This document shows, one piece after another, positions 28,001-32,000 of a stretch of DNA of 32,000 bases. Position 1 is the stretch's first letter. Each line of letters begins with the position of its first letter. The DNA is taken from the NCBI GenBank assembly GCA_963663995.1, contig OY760660.1, positions 1,170,001-1,202,000 on the forward strand, in the 5' to 3' direction. The position numbers were made by a program, and so were the translations under genes. The DNA comes from Erysipelotrichaceae bacterium. Lineage in GTDB: Bacteria; Bacillota_I; Bacilli_A; Erysipelotrichales; Erysipelotrichaceae. The notes beneath the pieces are model-generated. The model saw only the letters and a program-made list of their open reading frames with translations. It made no database searches and was not told where the DNA came from.

Positions 28001-30815
28001 AACGTAATTGACGAGTAATTTCTGCTTTGTGTAACTTTTCTTCACTGATACGATCTTCAGCAACTAAACGTTGAGCTAAAGCACGATAAGCTTCTGCTTT
28101 TTCTTTTGCACTTTCAATCGCTTTTAAAGATTTTGTTTCCGCTGCATTAACAGCTTTAAAGATTTCAGTTGAACCTTCATTTAAGAGGTCTAATACTAAG
28201 GCTTGTTTTTCTTTGTTGGATGTTGCTTTACGTAAGATTTCATCAAGACCTTCTTTTTTGCGACGGTCAATGAAACTTTCCGCAACATACAATAAGTATT
28301 CATCATATTCACTTGAATCTTCGATCGTATTTAAACGCATTCTTTCATCAGAAGGAATGTATTCATCTAAGTTGCCCCATTCGACAAGTTCTTTAACTTT
28401 ATCAACTAGTGGTTCTTTATTCTTAGTTACATCTTCAGATTCATATTGTTGAAGGATATCTCCGGTTGTCGCAGCTTTGAATGGTTTACCCATCAGACCA
28501 CGAGTACCCGCTAATTGGGTAAAGTGAGATGCATTACCACGGGCACCAGATATTTTCATCATATTAATTGGGTTTTTACGTGGAAGATGTGCTTCTAAGT
28601 CTTTTCCAATTTCAGATTTAATTCTGTCCCAAAGTAGGGTTACGTGACGTTCCCACTCACGTGGTGTTAAACGACCACGTTGACGTAGAGCCATCAACTC
28701 TGATTCTTTAATTTTTCCATCTTCAACCAATTTATTTGTGTTAGGTGAAACAACGATATCCGCTAAGGCAACCGTCATCCCCGCAACTGTGGAGTATTTA
28801 AATCCATTGTCTTTAATTTGGTCTAAGATTTGAGAAGTTCTAGAAGTACCATATCTTGCGAATACTTCAGAAATAATTGTTCCTAAATCTTTCTTTTTAA
28901 CATCACTGGATAATGGAAGAGCTTTAACCGCTTCTTTAACATTTTGACCAGGTGCTACAAAGTAACGTTGAGGAGTCGCAATAAAGTTTTCTTTAGTGAC
29001 TTCATTAACATATGGGAAATCACTTGGGAACATTTCATTTAAGATTAACTTACCAACAGTGGTAATTAGGAAACTTGCATTTTGTTCTGGTGTAAAAGCA
29101 TCTTTATGTAAAGATTTAGCTTTTACCGCAACTCTAGAATGTAAGTGAACTTGTTTAGCTTCATAAGCCATGATCGCTTCGTTTGTATCTCTAAAGACAC
29201 GCCCTTCGCTCTCACCAAATTGTTGCCATTTATCAGCTTCTTCATGATCACCTAAAGCTCTCATTAAAGCTGCTTTTTCAAAGAATTCATCAGCACTTTC
29301 TTCCATTGATAGGTAGAAGTTACCCATAACCATATCTTGAGAAGGAGTAACAATTGGTTTACCATCTTTTGGACCTAAAATGTTGTTTGAACCTAACATT
29401 AATACTTCAGCTTCAGCACGTGCTGATTCTGAAAGTGGAACGTGAACAGCCATTTGGTCACCATCGAAGTCAGCATTAAAAGCTGGTGTTACGAGTGGGT
29501 GAAGACGAATAGCACGTCCTTCAACAAGTTTAGGCATAAAGGCTTGGATACCAAGTCTATGTAGAGTAGGTGCACGGTTTAATAGAACTGGATGGTTTGC
29601 GATAACATCATCGACGATATCCCAAACTCGTTCATCCTGTCTTTCAATCAGTTTTTCAGCACTCTTAGGGTTTGATGCAATACCACGATAAACGATTTCA
29701 TTGATAACGAAAGGTTTGAAAAGTTGAATTGCCATTTCACGAGGAATACCACATTCAAACATCTTAAGATCTGGTCCAACAGCGATAACTGAACGACCTG
29801 AGAAGTCAACACGTTTACCAAGTAAGTTTTGACGGAAACGACCTTGTTTCCCTTTCAAACTATGGGAAAGAGATTTAAGAGCACGACCACCAGCACCTGT
29901 AACGGCTTTTGAACGACGTCCGTTGTCAATTAAAGCATCAACAGCTTCTTGTAACATACGTTTTTCGTTTTGAACGATAATTGCAGGCGTACCCATATCG
30001 ATGAGTTTACGTAAACGATTGTTACGAGTGATAACACGACGATAAAGGTCATTTAAATCGGAAGTCGCAAAACGACCACCATCTAGTTGTAACATTGGAC
30101 GTAAATCTGGTGGAATAACTGGAAGGATTGTAAGAACCATCCATTCTGGTTGATTTTCAGAATTACGGAATGCTTCAATGGTTTCTAAACGTTTGATTAA
30201 TTTCTTACGTTTGTCACCATGTGCATCTTTTAAGGATTCTAAAACATCTTTGTGATCTTGTTCAAGATCAACTCTTTCTAATAAATCAAGAACCGCTTCA
30301 GCACCTGTTTTAGCAGTAAATGAGCCGAAACCATAACGACGTGAGTAGTTACGATATTCTTGTTCAGAAAGAATTTGTTTAGATTGAAGTGGTGTTGTTC
30401 CTGGATCAATAACAACCCATGAAACGAAGTAGACAACTTCTTCTAAGTTTTTAGGAGTAATCCCAAGTAGTAATGACATACGACTTGGAATCCCACGAAG
30501 ATACCAAATGTGGGCAACAGGTGCAGCAAGTTCAATATGACCCATACGTTCACGACGAACGCTAGATTTTGTAACTTCAACACCGCATCGATCACAAACG
30601 ACACCTTTATAACGTACCTTTTTATACTTACCGCAGTAACATTCCCAGTCTTTTGATGGACCGAAAATCTTTTCGCAGAATAAACCATCACGTTCAGGTT
30701 TTTGACTACGGTAGTTAATCGTCTCAGGTTTTTTTACTTCACCATGAGACCATTCACGGATTTGATCAGGTGAGGCTAATCCGATTTGAATAGATGAGAA
30801 ATTGTTTATGCTCAT
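25032..30815 (-). CDS. rpoC: DNA-directed RNA polymerase subunit beta', 1927 aa, with a ~635-aa lineage-specific insertion
   Basis: Single uninterrupted frame with all beta' landmarks colinear: Zn finger [30 protein letters not shown] (res 447-455), bridge helix [30 protein letters not shown], and trigger loop [39 protein letters not shown] lies 8 nt upstream, 14 nt after the rpoB stop. Confidence 0.97.
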   Translation of the reverse strand: MSINNFSSIQIGLASPDQIREWSHGEVKKPETINYRSQKPERDGLFCEKIFGPSKDWECYCGKYKKVRYKGVVCDRCGVEVTKSSVRRERMGHIELAAPVAHIWYLRGIPSRMSLLLGITPKNLEEVVYFVSWVVIDPGTTPLQSKQILSEQEYRNYSRRYGFGSFTAKTGAEAVLDLLERVDLEQDHKDVLESLKDAHGDKRKKLIKRLETIEAFRNSENQPEWMVLTILPVIPPDLRPMLQLDGGRFATSDLNDLYRRVITRNNRLRKLIDMGTPAIIVQNEKRMLQEAVDALIDNGRRSKAVTGAGGRALKSLSHSLKGKQGRFRQNLLGKRVDFSGRSVIAVGPDLKMFECGIPREMAIQLFKPFVINEIVYRGIASNPKSAEKLIERQDERVWDIVDDVIANHPVLLNRAPTLHRLGIQAFMPKLVEGRAIRLHPLVTPAFNADFDGDQMAVHVPLSESARAEAEVLMLGSNNILGPKDGKPIVTPSQDMVMGNFYLSMEESADEFFEKAALMRALGDHEEADKWQQFGESEGRVFRDTNEAIMAYEAKQVHLHSRVAVKAKSLHKDAFTPEQNASFLITTVGKLILNEMFPSDFPYVNEVTKENFIATPQRYFVAPGQNVKEAVKALPLSSDVKKKDLGTIISEVFARYGTSRTSQILDQIKDNGFKYSTVAGMTVALADIVVSPNTNKLVEDGKIKESELMALRQRGRLTPREWERHVTLLWDRIKSEIGKDLEAHLPRKNPINMMKISGARGNASHFTQLAGTRGLMGKPFKAATTGDILQQYESEDVTKNKEPLVDKVKELVEWGNLDEYIPSDERMRLNTIEDSSEYDEYLLYVAESFIDRRKKEGLDEILRKATSNKEKQALVLDLLNEGSTEIFKAVNAAETKSLKAIESAKEKAEAYRALAQRLVAEDRISEEKLHKAEITRQLRLTLMELLARETEMILEVLSNEQRQQLRLINKSKNHAELKEFALNLMNGEDLNIKHLHQAHMAMSVPELLKRHLEKENPFIKNLTSNRDVDNLRTLKANREEYINTLSQAIVDENRVSMSELQKLESDLRKEKRALLTEHLNLGTEEIVNLLSEDDQLVLASAKGKKQRAEEIKPMVEELMGNEALTQNVLDRAELRKVIIDGLKANDEMILDRLSDEEKDQLDGAKDKKLKAETIKELSDLLLDSNRFSLDDLEQFQLIKSLIEKTIGFLESRNHTLIETIKEFIDIESLTRKTIPAAATSLVQNNRVDEAFLENLEYRSIIIEMLVSSADEITPLLGPIQHQILAEAKGKDMALINQVVDGLIEEEKITPELIAKYQRRELIAKSKKLIQAESERILKHLSQEELDQLTKNDLELENGFYELAKKLIDSNKLSYNRFLEIKDNDVTHAADSSTVEIRDAVKTEALRERKYITSIFEVPIYSSFRHGLNVSEFFISTHGVRKGLTDTALKTAESGYLTRRLVDVAQDVMVTEEDCGTDRGEVISDIVDRKTGTVIESIYDRLIGRTLKDDIIDPITGEVLVEGDTLITEAQARSVVEAGVKSAVIRNVFTCDSQYGVCKKCYGRNMATGKEVEIGEAVGIMAAQSIGEPGTQLTMRTFHTGGVAGGDGGDITQGLPRVEELFEARRPKKPALLSKISGTITSIEGVDPNIYSYLLSVISNEESKFQNIRDLESFKSTEQESRGNKDLLMKIVVTNEKESVEHFASMTQHIRPWIKEGYEIEAGDKLTEDHIDPKELLEVGGVHAVQEYIMKEVKKVYQSQGIEISDKHIEVMVKQMMRKVVVTDGQDTHLSAGIQLSLANITNLNRKALLSGKRPAKFKPVLLGISKSSVETDSFLSAASFQETTKVLTDAAIKGKVDHLMGLKENVIIGKKIPAGTGSFADRESSVRIERMAAEMKEERDERNRIMEEEAQSLPPEMLRDSREDSNEE
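26661..28160 (-). repeat. protein-level tandem array of ~8 degenerate 62-66 aa helical repeats inside the rpoC insertion
   Basis: Recurrent anchor (E-x-I-L-x-x)-L-S-x-E/D-E/D-x-x-Q-L-x-x-A-K-x-K-K-x-x-A-E-x-I-K-E-L...L-x-x-x-x-L-S. Clear copies: res 956 (LSNEQRQQL), 1089 ([23 protein letters not shown]), 1152 ([23 protein letters not shown]) and 1339 (LSQEELDQL). Weaker copies: res 1021 ([10 protein letters not shown]), 1275 ([16 protein letters not shown]) and ~890. Too diverged to show as DNA repeats. Confidence 0.7.
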
Positions 30816-30829
30816 ATGTTTCTTGCCTC

Positions 30830-32000
30830 CTACTCTTCGTCGCCGCTGTCTTCGTAGTCATCATCAGCTCCTACGACTGCAGCTTCGGCGATAAATTCAT
30901 CATCGTTAACAAGCTCTGTGCTTTCCATGAAATTCACATCATAATCAGCACTGTTGTCTTCGACTTCCATTTTCTTAATATCAACTTCATCTCCGTCGTC
31001 ACTTAATAAGCGAACGTCGATAGCTAAAGCATTTAATTCATGTTTTAGAACTCTGAATGATTCAGGAACACCCGGTTCTGGGATATCTTTACCTTTAATA
31101 ATGGCTTCATAGGTTTTTGTACGACCCATGATGTCATCGGATTTGATGGTTAGGATTTCTTGTAGAGTATGAGATGCCCCATAAGCTTCAAGTGCCCAAA
31201 CTTCCATTTCCCCGAAACGTTGACCACCATTTTGTGCTTTACCACCTAATGGTTGTTGAGTAACAAGTGAATATGGTCCAGTTGCACGAGCATGTAATTT
31301 ATCGTCAACCATGTGAGCTAACTTAATCATGTACATGACACCAACTGAGATTCTTTCATCAAATGGTTCACCAGTACGGCCATCATATAGAATTGTTTTT
31401 CCATCTTCAGCCATTTCTGCTTCAGCCATAATTGATTTTAGTTCTTCGTTGTTAATACCATCGAAAACTGGTGTAGCAAACTTAACACCTAATTTTTGTG
31501 CAGCGAATCCTAAGTGAATTTCAAGAACTTGCCCGATATTCATACGTGATGGAACGCCGAATGGATTCAACATAATATCAACTTGTGATCCATCAGGTAG
31601 GAATGGCATATCTTCAACTGGTAAAATTTTGGAGATAACCCCTTTATTACCGTGACGTCCAGCCATTTTATCCCCTTCAGAGATCTTACGTTTTTGAACG
31701 ATATAGACTTTGACAACTTCATTAACACCTGGAGGTAAATCATGTCCTTCTGAACGTTTGAAAATACGAACAGCTTGAACAATACCACTACCACCATGAG
31801 GTACTTTAAGTGAGTTATCACGAACTTCACGTGATTTATCACCAAAGATTGCGAGTAATAATTTTTCTTCTGGAGAAATTTCTGATTGACCCTTAGGCGT
31901 AACTTTACCGACTAAGATGTCACCTTCTTTAACTTCAGCCCCAATCATAACAATCCCGCGAGCATCTAAATGACGACAAGATTCTTGGGAAACGTTTGGA
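30830..32000 (-). CDS. rpoB: DNA-directed RNA polymerase subunit beta, 3' part (gene runs off window end)
   Basis: The frame stays open upstream of the track Met to position 32000 (…[37 protein letters not shown]…). Conserved C-terminal beta motifs present: [39 protein letters not shown]. Acidic C-terminal tail. Confidence 0.97.
   Translation of the reverse strand, partial: PNVSQESCRHLDARGIVMIGAEVKEGDILVGKVTPKGQSEISPEEKLLLAIFGDKSREVRDNSLKVPHGGSGIVQAVRIFKRSEGHDLPPGVNEVVKVYIVQKRKISEGDKMAGRHGNKGVISKILPVEDMPFLPDGSQVDIMLNPFGVPSRMNIGQVLEIHLGFAAQKLGVKFATPVFDGINNEELKSIMAEAEMAEDGKTILYDGRTGEPFDERISVGVMYMIKLAHMVDDKLHARATGPYSLVTQQPLGGKAQNGGQRFGEMEVWALEAYGASHTLQEILTIKSDDIMGRTKTYEAIIKGKDIPEPGVPESFRVLKHELNALAIDVRLLSDDGDEVDIKKMEVEDNSADYDVNFMESTELVNDDEFIAEAAVVGADDDYEDSGDEE

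Noticed and set aside
26577-28481. Intein or mobile-element insertion inside rpoC
   Set aside because: No Cys/Ser/Thr at the N-terminal junction and no His-Asn plus Cys/Ser/Thr at the C-terminal junction. No Hint or homing-endonuclease (LAGLIDADG/HNH) motifs, and no transposase, IRs or target duplication. The sequence is low-complexity helical repeats with native-looking composition.
1-32000. Alternative genetic code (TGA = Trp, Mycoplasma/Spiroplasma type)
   Set aside because: All large conserved genes are open under the standard code. A conserved Trp checked in L2 (RTRWMG) is TGG, and TGA serves as a plausible stop for the HhH mini-ORF. Nothing requires code 4.

Overview
Gene-dense housekeeping window from a low-GC Bacillota-like genome, almost entirely on the minus strand. 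It uses the standard genetic code: conserved Trp is TGG and most stops are TAA. In minus-strand transcription order the window holds: the 3' part of rpoB; a giant rpoC; an XRE-HTH membrane regulator with a small membrane protein; the str operon (rpsL-rpsG-fusA-tuf); a ~6 kb block between tuf and rpsJ; then a complete S10-spc cluster (rpsJ through rplO, secY, adk, map, infA, rpmJ, rpsM) and the 5' part of rpsK. The ~6 kb block carries an unannotated alpha-CTD-like HhH mini-ORF, a small membrane ORF, a plus-strand aminotransferase and an aconitase-IDH-citrate synthase operon. I saw no rRNA, tRNA, CRISPR array, transposase, integrase or phage gene. Most of the window is ordinary. The clear outlier is rpoC at 1927 codons, about 700 more than I recall for Bacillus-type beta'. 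Most of the excess is a ~635-aa insertion in the short loop just N-terminal to the bridge helix, built from about 8 degenerate 62-66 aa helical repeats. It is neither an intein nor a trigger-loop SI3-type insertion. Secondary oddities: low-complexity C-terminal tails on L3 (acidic), S3 (Arg-rich then acidic) and L24 (Ala/Lys/Pro); no rpmD (L30) between rpsE and rplO; a perfect 10-bp hairpin holding the rplW stop codon in its loop; and the TCA oxidative-branch module splitting tuf from the S10 operon. All homology statements come from reading the translations by eye; no database search was possible.
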